DNA of 64,000 nt from the human T2T-CHM13v2.0 reference genome, Homo sapiens: NCBI RefSeq assembly GCF_009914755.1, contig NC_060935.1. One strand, written 5' to 3'. The first letter of the stretch is position 1; every line of letters starts with the position of its first letter. The position numbers and the translations under genes are program-made. Shown here one piece after another: positions 26,660 through 43,433 of the stretch. The notes under the pieces are model-generated. The model ran no database searches. It was not told where the DNA came from and saw only the letters and a program-made list of their open reading frames with translations.

Positions 26660-27164
26660 ATTATACCAAGATCTTATTTCCCTCAGAGTCCTAAGTGATA
26701 CTTAATCTAAACTGAGGAAGAAATTCACACTAATGTATGAATGAATTTAATAGCCCACTTATTTTTATAAATGTAATCTTTTCATATATTTATCCTGATT
26801 ATTTTTTATACATGCATATGTACATATATATTGGCAATTCTATTTTACATGATATTTCACAATAACTATCTACTCCAAATATCCCTTTAGATGCCTTGAA
26901 TTAGTCTTCAACCTTATGCACTAATTGCTGATGGCTATGGCTCTCATTTCTTTGGTTCTACAGTTTAGCATATAGTTGTTCAGAGTTTACGCATAGTTTC
27001 ATTTGTTACACTTTTGTGTCCATGGGACTATATACACTTAACTAGACCTGGCTTGTATTGCAGTTTGGAAATACTTTTAATTTTTAATTTTGTTGTCTAG
27101 TTTTTTCTCTTTAATGTAATATAGCTTTTAGGGATTTTTTTTATATTACCATTAAAAGTTTATA

Positions 27165-27480
<316 letters not shown>

Positions 27481-27722
27481 TTAGGATAAGGAAAGATTGG
27501 CAAATGTAAGTACTATAGATAAAAATCTGCCATAATCTGTAGTTTATATGGTTAATATGAATGATACATTTTGTGCAATTTAGAGGAAAGGTATCATGAT
27601 ACTGGGCAGGAGTATGAAGGTCAAGAACTGGAAGGTAATTCCTCTACTACATTCCACAATCAAATCTTTTGAAGCAGGAGTCATAAATACCAGCTGTTTA
27701 TCTTAACATATATATATTTTTT

Positions 27723-28267
27723 AAGGTGAAGCAAGTTTGTTAAGAGAGTAAAGGAATAAAAGAATAGCTATTCCATAGGCAGATCAGCCCCAAGGGCTGC
27801 TGGTTGCCTGTTTTTATGGTTATTTCTTGATTATATGCTAAACAAGGGGTGGATTATTCATGAGTTTTCTAGAAAAGGGGTGGGTAATTCCTGGAGCTGA
27901 GGGTTCCTCCCCTTTTTAGACCATATAGGGTAACTTCTGGATGTTGCCATGGCATCTGTAAACTGTCATGGCACTGGTGGGAGTGTCTTTTAACATGCTA
28001 ATGCATTATAATTAGTGAATAATGAGCAGAGAGGATGACCACAGGTCACTCTTGTCACCATCTTGGTTTAGGTGGGTTTTGGCCAGTTTCTTTACTGCAA
28101 ACTGTTTTATCAGCAAGGTCTTTGTGAACTATATCTGTGCTGACCTCCTGTCTCTTTCTGTGACTTACAATGACTAACTGCCTGGAAATGTAGCCCAGTA
28201 GATCTCAGCCTTATTTTACCCAGTCCCTATTCAAGATAGAGTCACTCTGGTTCAAATGCCTCTGACA
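27723..28267 (-). mobile_element. MER41B 3' LTR (U3-R only, U5 missing)
   Basis: Minus strand starts TGTCAGAGGCATTTGAACCAGAG. Includes the B-type segment GAACCCTCAG..GGAATT..CCCCTTT..GAAAACTCATG and is preceded by the polypurine tract AAAAGAGAGGGGGGATA. Confidence 0.85.
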
Positions 28268-30357
28268 TATCCCCCCTCTCTTTTATAAGAGAACCCTTAA
28301 TCCTAAGGGTTGCAGAAGTATAAAGATCCACTTTCTGTAACTTCTTCATGCTGAATAGGGGCGATGATATTCCTGCCTAAGTATTAGGGTCTTTTGAATT
28401 TCAGTGTAGAGAGGAGAGGCCATTCATAACTCTGAGTTCTGACAAAAGGTGACTTTTGGAAGATGAATAAGTGTTTAATTTAAGAAAACATTCAGTAAGC
28501 TTATCCTGCATTCCTACACAAAGAGTACAACAGCAATATATTTCACAACAGTAAAACAAAATAAGTGAAATTATCCCAAGTAAACTAAATAAGAAGGCTT
28601 TCCATGAACTGGGCAACTGGTGGAACCAAGCTGATATGGGGTTGATAGCTGATTCTAATGTGTGCCCAGAATTAGGATATTGATTCATATTTATACATTA
28701 CCCATCCTTCTTGTTTTTCCTGAGCTGCAGTCAGAGATCACTGGCTGGTTCATGGTAATAAGCAAGGTCAGCCTAAATTGCAGGAAAAAAAAAAAAAAAC
28801 AACTGATAAGACTAGAATATAATAATAAGTATACCATAGTTCTTGAAACATAATTTTTTTCTCTCTCTCGTCTTCCATTTTTACTAAAGACAAATGATGG
28901 TAGTCGAATTTGCTTTATTATGCTTTATTTGTATAAAGTGCAGCAAGAATAATTATTTTTCACAAGGCTTGTAAAATTGGCTTTGATGGAATTCTCTTCC
29001 ATAAGGAATTTCAGATAAGACCTTTTCTTAAAGCTGAGCTCAGCCGTGGGTTTGTACCCTCCACTACCTATGAGTTGGGTAAATTCCTCTCCTCTTGAGG
29101 TCCAAAGATAACTTGGGGCTCCTGGGTCTGTCAGAAAGTGACATTCTTTACTTACCACAGTTCAGGAACCTTGCACAGGGACAGGGTAGACAAGGTATGA
29201 AGCCAGTTTTCCCAAGGGGCTTTTATTGGCTCTGTAAGTCAAGTTTTATTTCTCAAAGAAAAGCATAACATTCAAGTCAAAGCCTTGGTAAAATAACCAT
29301 TGTCTCCAACTGTGTCCTGTTACAAATGAAAACAGATTTATTGTACTTATGGAAATAACTATATTGCCATAAGTCAATAATACTTACAAATAGTTTCTAA
29401 ATTATGGAGAAATCAGGTAGAGAGAAACAAGTATGGTCCAAATTTTGTTCACAGGAATATACTTTACTCAAGTGTTAAAAGTTGTAAATAGCTTTTAAAA
29501 AAAGTTTCCTTGACTCTGAAAAACAAAGCAAAGGATCAACAACATTTTAAGCAAAATGTCACATAAATTAATTCAGTCTTCTGTTACTTCATTCCATACA
29601 GTTAACTCCTGTCCTGCTTGGTAGTCAGGGACATTTCAGCTCTCCCTGACTCCTGAAAGTTTTTTTTCTCTATCCTAATGTCACACAGTCTCCAAAGTTA
29701 TTAGAAACCTGCATTCAAGAACACCTGTTAGAGTCCTGTAGTTGATTATAAACCACCTTTTAAAGAGGATTAAAACAAGACAACAATTATCTGTGTATGA
29801 TAAAAAGTTTTAGTACAGCCACTATTAAAGCCACAATTGACTGGGAATTTTGATTACTTCTGTGGCATACAACAGTTTTACATAACAATTGTAATTATTA
29901 ATAACATACTAAGTCATATGAGAATTATAGGAGTTTCTCATAATTTTGGAACACATACCACTAACACATTTTTACAAATACAACCCAAAGAAAGCCAAAC
30001 ACCGTTTCATATTTGACAATGCTTTCTGTATGATTTTTATACCAAATAAGCCAAATGTCACTTTTGGAGTTTAGGTGACCTAATACCTAAAAAATTAATT
30101 AGGTCAGAAAATCACATACTTTATAATTTGATTTTGGAAAGTTTGTAAAATATCAAAGATTTAAGACACTTGATATTATAAAATAGAATTCCAGGTTACC
30201 GTAAGTCATTCATTTAGTCAAAATCATAACTTAAAATTTTTGAAAAGAGAAAAACCTTTACTCATTAATAGAGGGAAGACAGCTTTTCCAACAATCTTTT
30301 TTCTTTTCTGTCTTTTTCCTACAGTTTATTCAAAAAGGCAGACAAAAATCTTTCATT
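28268..30357 (-). mobile_element. MER41-int (MER4-group ERV1) internal fragment with env TM remnant
   Basis: Contiguous with PPT/LTR. ORF 28401..28688 has an env-TM-like segment (WF..LP.SWKAFLFSLLGIISLILFYCC..YCCC). No 5' LTR seen; distal boundary approximate. Confidence 0.75.
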
Positions 30358-31472
30358 CCCTAATTTGTCTAGGAGGAAGGAAAGGAATATAATACTGTTA
30401 TGATAATTTTGATAAAAAAGGAACAAATGCTATGTAAAATAGTGGTATCTTTACAAGCTTAAACACCAGAAATAATACTTTCTCATGAGGTTAACAAGAT
30501 CAATAGTAATTTTATAGTCGAGTTTAAAATAAAATGATAATTTTAAGTTTAAAACTATAACGTGAGACAAAAAAGGCTTTCTCTTACTTTTACAGTTATA
30601 CTACATATAAGAACTATTACTATTGAGAAGGACATTGGATTCCCAATAAAAAGAAAAGGAGTGTATACATACAAATGGAAAATCATACGTTAAGGAAAAT
30701 ATAAGATGCATGATTAAGTGCAAAAAAAAAAAAATCCCCCTATCACCAGACCATTTCTGGAGCTGCAGGCCTTTTTCAGTTGTCAGCCAAACTCATTCCT
30801 TACAAAAAGCCTTCATTTTTTCATTATTCTGACTTAAACTAAAAACTACTCAATTCATTGAAAATTAGAAAATTTTGGCTTAGCAAAAGCCATTATCTTT
30901 TTACAATACCAGTTATTGTGAAAGCACAATATAACAGCATAGTTAAATTTAGAAAATATAAAACATGGTAGTAGTTCTCATCTTAAATAGCTACCTGTAT
31001 AGAACAATTCCAGTAAACAGGAATAAAAGAGAAGGAAGGGTCTGAAGCTCGCATAGTGATTTATATTTTATTGCCACAGGAGAATCTACTTCCCTTTCTT
31101 TTCTCTGACATTCTCTTTCTATGTTGCTAATTCTCAATCTGGTTCATGCATTTTTGTTGCTATTCCACATTAAGGTGGTCTTCAACTCTAGTTTCCTAGA
31201 TGGTTATCTTCAGTTGACTGCCAATTTTCATTCTACACCATATGTCTCTCTTCCTAAAGTCTTGATCATTATTTGTGAAAGAATGAGAGAAACAGTTTAT
31301 TGGTAAAAACTGTAATTACAAAAACAAAGTTTGACATGGTATAGGCTTTGAAATAAGTTTTTGATAATAAAAAAATTTTAAGAATTAAAACTCCTGTAAT
31401 CACAGAAATAACCGCAGATGTTTTCTTTAGGCCTTAACCTTAGTGTACATGAAGAAATGGTGATGAAAACTA

Positions 31473-31826
<354 letters not shown>

Positions 31827-32694
31827 TTAAAGATGGTTGTATGTTTTTCTTCCTCCTCTTTCTTCCTTAAATCAATTTAATCATGTTACCTTTACTAGTG
31901 CTTCCCATTGTATTTTTTAATATGCTTCTACATTTATTTGTTCTCAGCTTTATCTTAATATTCTTCCTTTCCTACTTATACAAACAGGTCAATCATAGAG
32001 CATTTTCTATTTTTCACATTTCTTCCCATTCTCTTTCCACTTATAATATTCTATGCAGTGATTCTTATTCCAATGTTGGTTTTAATTTTAGGTTTTCTTT
32101 GGTTAAAATATCTAATGCCAACTGCTGTAGATTTCATCACCAAATGTGGTTTCTTTAGTATTTTTCAAAAGGTGAAAAATCCTCACTAAGTTCTTACATG
32201 TTCAAAGTTCTTGGTCTTCTGTCTTTATACTTGCAGAAGTGCTTGACTGTGTATGAAATCTGGGGACTTTCTTTTGTTGTGTATCTTGTAGGTGTTGCTC
32301 CTCTGTTTCCTGAATGTGGAGAAGACTCATGCCATTGTGTTTTTCTTTCCATTACAAGTTTCTTAAGGAGCCTTTCTTCATCACTGAAGTTTAATAGACT
32401 TTCTAAGATAAATATTATTGTTGACTCTTCTGAATCAGATTGTGATATGATTTTGATGTGCTGTTTCAATATGTAGATTAAATTGTTTTATTATAGGAAA
32501 GTATTTCCTTTTTAAATGATAGCTTAAAATATTCATCGTTTTCCATTGTTATTTTCTTTTTTGGAGACTACATTTATGAAATTATTAGGTCTCTTCCGCC
32601 TGTGTTATATGTCTATTTTCTTTCTATTTTTAAAGTTTTCTTTATTTCTGTTTCTTTTTTCTTCTTTTTGCTGTTTATTTCCTATAATTACTTA

Positions 32695-33152
32695 TGTGTC
32701 AATTTCCCACAATTTACGTAACAAATTACCACAAGTTTGATGGCTTAAAACAACAGAAATATATTCTCCGATAGTGCTAGAGACTAGAAGTTCAAAATCA
32801 AAGTGTTGGCAAGGTCATGCTCTATCTGAAGGTTCTAGGGACGAATCCATTTTTGCTTCTTCGTAGCTTCTAGTGATTCTCAGAAATCCTTGGCATTCTT
32901 TGACTTTTGTCTGCATATATCCCATTTCTACCTTCATTTTTACATGGCCTTTTTCTCTGTGTGTCTCTCTGTGTCCTCTTCTCTTATATGGGTACCAGTC
33001 ATTAGATATAGGGCTCAGCCTAATCCAGTATGATTTCATCTCAAGATCCTTGACTAATTACATTTGCAAAGACCTTATAAGGTCAAATTCACAGGTATGA
33101 AAGCTTAGGATTTGAACATATCTTTTAGGGAGACATAATTCAACCCACTACA
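32695..33152 (-). mobile_element. MLT1C-like solo LTR
   Basis: taacaaattaccacaag...ggcttaaaacaacagaaat...gacataattcaacccactaca. Confidence 0.8.
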
Positions 33153-33193
33153 CAGGGTGTCTATTTTATTTGTTCTCATTTAATTTTTTAAAA

Positions 33194-33400
33194 CTTTTTT
33201 TTTTTAGATTCAGGGAGGCACATGTGTTTATTCATTACATAGGTATATTGCATAGCGGTAAGGATTGGGCTTCTAGTGTACCCATCACCCACATATTGAA
33301 CATTGTACCCAATAGATAGTTTTTCAATCCTCTTGCACTACATTTTGGAGTCCCCAGAGTCTTTTTTCTCCAACTTTATGTCCTTGTGTACTCATTGTTA
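33194..33400 (-). mobile_element. L1PB-type 3' end fragment
   Basis: Poly-T then agattcagggaggcacatgtg...gggcttctagtgtacccatcacc. Confidence 0.75.
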
Positions 33401-35495
33401 ATGTTTTTATTTGGAAATAATTTCAAACTTACTGAAAAATTTCAAGAAGGGTACAAAAGCTCCCATATATCCTTCATCCAGATTTTCCAACATCTTATCC
33501 AATTTACTTTACTGTTTGCTCTATCAAATCTAATCTGTCTAATCTATTATATAATATCTATTCATCATTTACAGATACAGATTGAAATACATTTTTTTCT
33601 GGACCATTTGGGAGTAAGTTGCACAAATCATACTGCTTTACTCGTAACTACTTCAGTGTGAACAAGGACATTTTCTTATATTAACATAGTATGGTTATCA
33701 CCCTCAGGAAACTTGACACTGAAACAATACATTAATCTCTCATTTTTCTAATTTTTTCAATTGATCAAATAAAATTCCTTATAGCATTTTTTTTCCCTCC
33801 AGTTCAGGATCATGTGTTACATTTAGTTGTCATGTCTTTTTAATCTCCTTTAATCTAAAATAGCTCCTTAGCTTTTCTTAGTTTTTCATGACTTTGACAT
33901 TTCGAAATATGCCGGTTCTTTTAAAACAATAGACTAATCCTCATTTTTGTTTAGTCTGTTGTTTCTTTATGATTACATTCAAGTTAAGCTCTCTGGTTGG
34001 AGTACTGTATTAGTGATTTTGTGTCCTTCTGAAGACATTACATACATACCTCTGCCTGGGAGGCAGAGGTTTCAGTGAGCCGAGACCTCGCCACTGCACT
34101 CCAGCTGGGTGACAGAGTGAGAGACTCTATTTTCCCCTCACCCCCCCGCGAAAAAAAAAAGAAAGAAATCATGAGTTCTTACTGATACTCTCAAATTCAG
34201 TTGATTGCCATAGAGGTGTTCTTGCCTTTCCCCATTCTGTTTGTATCTCACTTCTTCCATAGGGAAAGATAACATTGATTCCCAGCAACATCAAAGTATT
34301 TACTCTCTTATACATAAAATAATCTCCTAATTATTTTATGCATACCACTATAAAAATACCTACACAAAATTCCAATTTAGTTTGCTCTTCTCCCCTTCAT
34401 CCCTACCCACAGACTGAAGCGCTATAGTTAAATATTGTGTTTTAAAAAATTGGGGTTTTAAAAAAATTTCTCTCCAGGATGATTATGTTATTCATTTCTA
34501 ATAGAGTTGTGTACATTTGTTTCAATTTGCTCTAAGTATTAGATATTTTAATAGTTTGTTTCTCAACTCCTTGGTGATTTATTTTTATAGAAGATGTAGA
34601 ACATTAACATACTTCCAAAAGTCATAACTACACAAAAAGTTATCCTCAGTAAATTATGATGCCCTTTCCTGTCCCCTTCACTTACTCCCAATTTCATTTT
34701 TTTCTAGTTAATGCCCCTTTTCTTTTTGTTTACACATTCAGATGTGTTTGCTTTTTTATTTCTTTTTATTTCTCACACAAAAGGTAGCTCTTTTTATTTA
34801 CTATATTCCAGAAATAATTTTATATCAGGCCAGAGAGATCTTCTTCATTAATATTTACAGCCACATAGTACTCTGTTGTCTGCATATAAACAATAGTTTA
34901 TTCAAACAATATCTTATGTTTGAACATTTAAGTAGTTTCTAATATTTTACAAGAAAGAACTATCTCGTGCATATGTATTTTCATATTCTTGGAAATGTAC
35001 GTTCAAGGTAAATTCAAGAGGTAGGATTGCTAGGTATGAAAGATAAATGAATGTGTGGTTTTGTTAAGTACCAAATTCTCCTCCATAGAAGTTGTACTGT
35101 TTTACACTCCTACCAGCAATGCAAGAGAGTGCTTGTTTCCCTGCAGTTTCATCAACAAAGTGAATTTTAGCTTTTGACATTTTGCCAGTCTGATAGATGA
35201 GATATGATATCCTTTTATGTGCTCATATTTTCATATTTTAAGTGGTCTTTATATCATTATGAATTTCCTATTCTTTTGCCCATTTTATGATTTTTTGGAG
35301 TTTTTCTTTCAATTATTAAAATCTTTTTATATTTAGAATATTTATATTTTATATATTTATTTGTCATATATGTTGTAAATTTTTTTCTGGCAAATTATTT
35401 ATATTCCCAATTTCTTGTCATTTCTTGCCATGAAAAATACTTTTTAAAAATTTTGTGTAGTTCAGTTTGTTAATTTAAAAAATTACATCTGGAAT

Positions 35496-35791
35496 TTTTT
35501 TTTAAGAGACAGGGCCTCACTCTGTGCAATGGCACAATCGTAGCTCACTGTAACCTCAAACTCCTAGGCTCAAGGGATCCCCCTGCTCAGCCTCCTGAGT
35601 AGCTAGGACTATACATAGGTGCCACTATGCCTGGTTAATTGTTACTAACTTTTTTTTTTTTTTTTTTTTTTGCAGAGATGGGGGTTTCACGATATTGCCC
35701 AGGCTGGTCCCAAACTCCTGGCCTCAAGCTATCCTCCTGCCTTGACGTTCGAAAGCACTGAGATTGTAGGTGTAAACCACTATGCCCAGCC
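35496..35791 (-). mobile_element. AluJ (small internal deletion)
   Basis: J diagnostics; TSD tggaattt. Confidence 0.88.
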
Positions 35792-36439
35792 TGGAATTTA
35801 AGATATAATTGCAAAGTCTTTTGCTACCCTAACTTTATAAAGGAATTTACCCCTGTTTTTTTATCTAGTATTCACAAAATTTAAAACCATTTAGACCTTT
35901 AATTCGTTTGGAGCTTATTCTTATTTATGGCATGAGGAATGGATTTAAGTTTATCTTTTCCAAATGACTTTTCAGTTGTCCCAACACCCTTAAATATAAA
36001 GTCCATTTCTGCCCCCAGTGATTTGAGATACTGTCTTTGTCATATATTAGATTTTCCATAAGTCATATGGTTTACTTTTGTACTCTCTATTCTGTTCCAT
36101 TGGTCTTTCTATTCGTATAGTAGTCCGCATTGTTTTAATTACAAAGGTTTTATAATATGTTTTAATATCTTATGGGGCTAGAACATCTTCAAAACTATTC
36201 TATTTTAGGTTTTGCTCACTATCTCTTCTTGTCTATTTTTTATGTGAGCTTTAGTATGAACTTACCTCGCTCTATAAAAAAAATTGTTGGTATTTTTATT
36301 GGAATTGAATACTTCATAAATAAAATTATATATTAATTTATATGAAAATAAATACATGGCAAATTAAGTTAGCAAGAAATGAAATCTTGATGATATTGAT
36401 AAGTTCTAACCAAGAACAAAATATGTCTTTCCATTTGTT

Positions 36440-38531
<2,092 letters not shown>

Positions 38532-39002
38532 TTCCATTTGTTAACATGTTGTTCCATAAGTTAAGACTACATATGTGTTTTTAACCAGTGTTTTATAGTT
38601 TTCTTTGTATAGCTTTGAACATTTGAAGTTTATTCTAAGTGTTTTATGTTTTCTGTTGCTATGTAAGTGTAATTTTCTTTTTATTTTTATCTCCTCATGG
38701 CTATTTGTGTATACTAATTCTACTGATATTTGAGTGTTAATTTCATAACCTACTACTTTGATGAATTCTATTGAGTTAGTAGGATTTTCCAAGTATACCA
38801 CCATATTATCTGCATATAAAGATGATTTTATTTCATCTTCTGTAATTTTTATGCCTCTTCTATCTTTTCTAAATGCAGTGACTTATGTGTCTAGTATTAT
38901 GCTAAGTAGTAGAGATAATCATCCTTGCCTTATTTCTGAACTTAATTGGAGTTCCTGTGGTGTTTCCTCATTGGGTCCAATGCTGCTTTAGGATTGTGAG
39001 AG

Positions 39003-39103
39003 ATATATATATGTATATGTATATATACACATATGTAACAATGTTATATGCTGATGATAAGTTATATGTAATTTGTATATATGTGTGTGTGCATGTGTGT
39101 GTA

Positions 39104-39157
<54 letters not shown>

Positions 39158-39310
39158 CACACACTAAGTATTCATAGCTTCTTATTGTCTCTGAATGTTC
39201 TCTGAATGGGAACATACACAGACACAGTATAAAATATATACACACAGTAATATATGTACATATATGTAATATATGTACATATGTACATATATATACAGAT
39301 ACACATGTAT
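39003..39310. repeat. Compound (TA)n/(TG)n microsatellite region
   Basis: (TG)n followed by (TA)n at ~39080-39154 plus degenerate TA/CA flanks. Confidence 0.9.
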
Positions 39311-39664
39311 TACTAAGTGTTTATAGCTTTTTACTGTCTTGAATTTTTCATTGGGAATGAGTTTGAATTTTGTCAAAGGCTTTTTCATATTTATTTTTCA
39401 TCAAATTTAGTCTTGATTTCTGAAATTTTTTTTTTGGCCTTTTTTCTATTTTTAATCCTTGAGTTTTTCAAGTTCTTGATTCATCTACACTTATTGTTCT
39501 ATCATAAGCCACTGTTTTCTGGCCATCTCTTCCCTGAGTTTTTGTATTTCTGCTTTGTGGTTTTCTTTCTTCAATATTTGTCCAAAGCTTAGTGGTTTAC
39601 AATTTTCATATGATCAGTGTCAACATTGCTGATTTTTAAAATAAAACTATTTTGTTATTTCCAA

Positions 39665-40835
39665 TATTTATTTATTTATTTATTGACATGCAATTGTATA
39701 TATTTATGGGTATAATTTTATGTTTTACTATATATATATTGTATAATGATTGAATCAGGGTATTTCGCGTATCCATTGCTTCACGCATTTATCATTTCTT
39801 TGCGGTGAGGCCATTCAAAAGCCTCTCTTCTAGCTATTTTGTAATATACAATACCTTAATATTACCATAATTACCCTACTGTGCAATAGAATACCAGAAT
39901 TTTTTTAAAATTCTTATTTTAAGTTCTGTGATACTATGTGCAGAACATGCAGGCTTGTTACATAGGTAATCTTGTACCATGGTGGTTTGCTGCACCTATC
40001 AACGCATCACCTAGGTTTTAAGCCCAGCATACATTAGCTATTTATCCTTATGCTCTCCCTACCCCCACCTGACTCCCACCCGCTGACAGGCCCTGGTGTG
40101 CATTGTTTCCCTCCCTGTGTCCATGAGTTTTCATTGTTCAACTCCCACTCAGGAGTGAGAACATGAAGTAGAACACCAGGATTTATTTCTCTTATCTAAT
40201 TGTAACTTTGTACCCATTGAGTATCCTCTTCCCATCCTCCCCTTTCCCCTCCTCTCTCCAGTTTCTGGTGAACATTCTACTATCTGCTTCTGTGATATCA
40301 ATGAATTTTTAAAATTCTGCATATGAGTGAGATTATGTGGTATTTATCTTTCTGTGTCTAACTTATTTCTCTTAACATAATGTCCTCCAGGTCCATCCGT
40401 GTTGTCACAAATTACAGGATTTCATTCTTTATTATGGCTGAATAGTATTCCATTCTGTATATATGCCACATTTTCTTTATCGATTCATGTGTTGTTGGAC
40501 ACTTGGGTTGATTACAAATCTTGGTTATTATAGATAGTGCTGCAATAAACACAAGAGTGTGGATATCTCTTCAATATGCTGGTTTCATTTCCTTTGGATA
40601 TATACCAATAAGTGGGTTTGCTGAATCATATGGGAGTTCTGTTTTTAATTTTTTCAGGAGCCCCTATACTGTTTTTCATAGCAGCTCTACTAATTTATAA
40701 TCCCATCAATGGTGTCTATGTGTTCCTTCTTCTCTATTCTTCCACAACACTTGTTTTCTGTTGTCTTTTTGATAATCACCATTCTAACTATAGTGAGTTG
40801 GTATTTTATTATGGTTTTGATTTGCTTTCCCCTGA
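39665..40835 (-). mobile_element. L1MA 3' end fragment
   Basis: (ttta)n tail and L1MA-type 3' UTR; interrupted by an L1PA fragment. Confidence 0.75.
39903..40167 (-). mobile_element. Short older L1PA (PA8-like) 3' end
   Basis: TSD tagaa(t/c)accag(a/g)attt on both sides; L1PA 3' UTR. Confidence 0.85.
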
Positions 40836-41766
40836 TAAACTCTTTTCCCATTTTTAAAATACAAAATTGTTGTGTAGATGCAGTGATTATTCTTTTTGTT
40901 TCTCACACTTGATTTAATTTTATATTTATGAACCAGCTGTTTACAAGAATCTCACGTTGGGGAAAGGGGAAAGACCAGGGTAACCTGGCACCTCTATAAC
41001 TCAAAGGCTGTCACCTCTGTTACAGTGACAGAGCTAGGTTTTATTTCATTTTCTCTACTACTTTTTGAATCTATCTTGGCTCAGAGGAGGTTCTACTGCC
41101 ATACCTAAACTTCTTCAGGTTCTAATCTACCTGTATCACCAAGGAAGAGATCATGCCTTCTGGAAAATCTCCCTTACATATAGACGATTTTTAAAATTAT
41201 GTTATTATCTACTAGCCCTGGGTCACTTCTGAGCTCTCTTTCCCTGCCTCCAAGTGTGCTCCCCAGCCTTGCTCATAGCAGTTCCCATTCAGAGTATAGT
41301 CCTCTCCTGGGTATGTTTATGTGGTGATAGTTGTCACACTATTCTCCCATTGTCCCCTCCTTCACCTTGAGTTTTATCATATCTCATTTCAGTTTTCTGC
41401 AAGATGTCGGTAACAATTTTGCTACAGGCAGCATTTACACAAAATTTGTAGCTTGGAGGTATTTATTCTGTGTTCTGCCTTTGTCGACCATTGAATGTGC
41501 ATTTTTTTTCTGATTATTCTTATTTCCCTATGGCTTTTTGGAGAAGTGGAATAATTCATAACTTAGTTGCCACCAAGTTTTTCCTGGAAGTTGAAACATA
41601 TTCTACAATATTTTCTCTATTTTACTTGTCATATGACTAGTTATTTAAATTCTTTGTATGGCTGTTTACTGATTTTCAAAGTGGATTACTTAGTATCTAG
41701 TAAGGTTGATGCAGGAGCACATTGAGATACTAAAGTTGGTATAATATGTGGCATGTGGTAGGTGTT

Positions 41767-41938
41767 TATTATGGACTGAATTGTGTGCTACCCCACCCAA
41801 TTCATATGTTGAAGCATTAACCCCCAATTTGACTATATATGGAGGTAGGGCCTTTAAGGAGGCAGTAAGATTGATTGAGGTTATAAGGATGGAGCCTAAT
41901 CTGATATGACTGCTGTCGTTATAAAAAGAGAAAAGATA

Positions 41939-41974
<36 letters not shown>

Positions 41975-42633
41975 GCTCTCTTCCCCCCTCTACATACATG
42001 TGAACCCAGAGGAAGGACTGGGAGGGCACACTAAGAAGGCAGCCATCTGCAAGCCAGGAAGAGAGGCCTCACCAGAAACCAACTCTGGCACCTTGACCTC
42101 AGACTTCCAGCCTGCAGAACAGTGACAAAATAAATCTTGTCATTTAAGCTACCCAGTCTTTGGTATTTTATTATGTCATCCCATGCAGACTGTATTAGTC
42201 AGGGTTCTCTAGAGGGACAGAACTAATAGGATGGGTATATATATAAAGGGGAGTTTACCAAATAGTATTAACTCACATGATACAAGGTCCCACAATAGTC
42301 TGCCTGCAAGCTAAGGAGCAAGGAAGCCAGTCTGAGTCCCAAAGCTGAAGAACTTGGAGTCCGAAGGGCAGGAAGCTTCCAGCATGGGAGAAAGATGTAG
42401 GTAGGCTGAGGTCTTTTCCTGTTTTTTTTTGCCTGCTTTATATCCTGGCTGCACTGGCAACTGATTAGATGGTGCCCACCCAGATTAAGGGTGGATCTGC
42501 CTTTTCCAGCCCACTGACTCAAATGTTAATCTCCTTTGGCAACACCCTCATAGACACACCCAGGATCAATACTTTGCACCCCTCAATCCCATCAAGTTGA
42601 CACTCAGTGTTAACCATCACACAGGCTAATAGA
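41767..42633 (+). mobile_element. MLT1B-like LTR with (CT)n, split near its 3' end by MLT2A
   Basis: ttatggactgaattgtgt...gacttccagcctgcagaac...gcagac|taataga. Confidence 0.75.
42191..42621 (-). mobile_element. MLT2A (ERVL) solo LTR
   Basis: Minus strand starts TGTGATGGTTAACACTGAGTGTCAACTTG and ends CTAATACA; 5-bp TSD cagac/caggc. Confidence 0.88.
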
Positions 42634-43402
42634 GTGTTCATTAGATTGTAACTGCTAATAATAACAGTTGGTGGTGATGGTGATGATGATCCTAGAAGTC
42701 CAGGCCTATGGATACTTACTGATAAGGAATTGAAAGACCTGCTTTGAAAACGGAGTTTTTAGGAGGGATATAAATAAACTTTCTGCTCTGTTACTCTCCC
42801 CTTTCCTTTTATTAACTGGATTTAGAAATACTTTTATTTGGTAAAAGAAATGTTATAAATCTTCATACATATGGCTAATATTTCTGGCTAATTACCATGA
42901 AGCAGAATAACCATTAATCATATTATTAGAGATACCCAATTAATTTCATTTTGTGCTTGATTTTAGTACTAAATTTAAGCAGTTTATGCCACCTCACTTA
43001 GGTCAACTCCAATTATGATACATGTCTTTCTAGTATTAAATGCAAAAACAATGAGATGTCTGTAGCTCCCTTTATTATTACTTGCATTTCTTCATCTTTC
43101 TTTTTTTTTTGGAATACACAATTTATTATTTTGATACTGAATGAATAAAATTGTTCTTTCTTTCTCACTGGGAGGCCTGCCTTCCAAGCTGCTTTTTTGC
43201 CAAAAATATTTACCAGGACTTTCAAAGTCATCTCTTGTTTTCAGTTATTATTCTCTTTTATGACAACTATCTTTGAAGAGATTTGGAAGTTAGTCTATAT
43301 TTGAAATTACTGTGTGTGTTTTCTGTGTTTATATGTAATTTCAACTTAAAAATCAAAACATCTTCACAATTCCTTTGGTATCTCATTTTAAATAAAAGTA
43401 TC

Positions 43403-43433
<31 letters not shown>

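Noticed and set aside
28401-28688. Env-like ORF as a captured syncytin-type gene
   Set aside because: Only a ~95-codon TM-end remnant; no signal peptide, SU, furin site or fusion peptide visible.
38957-39388. ORFs with YIYI/HTHT repeats and CRISPR-like periodicity
   Set aside because: Dinucleotide microsatellite translations; no repeat-spacer structure, and the DNA is human.
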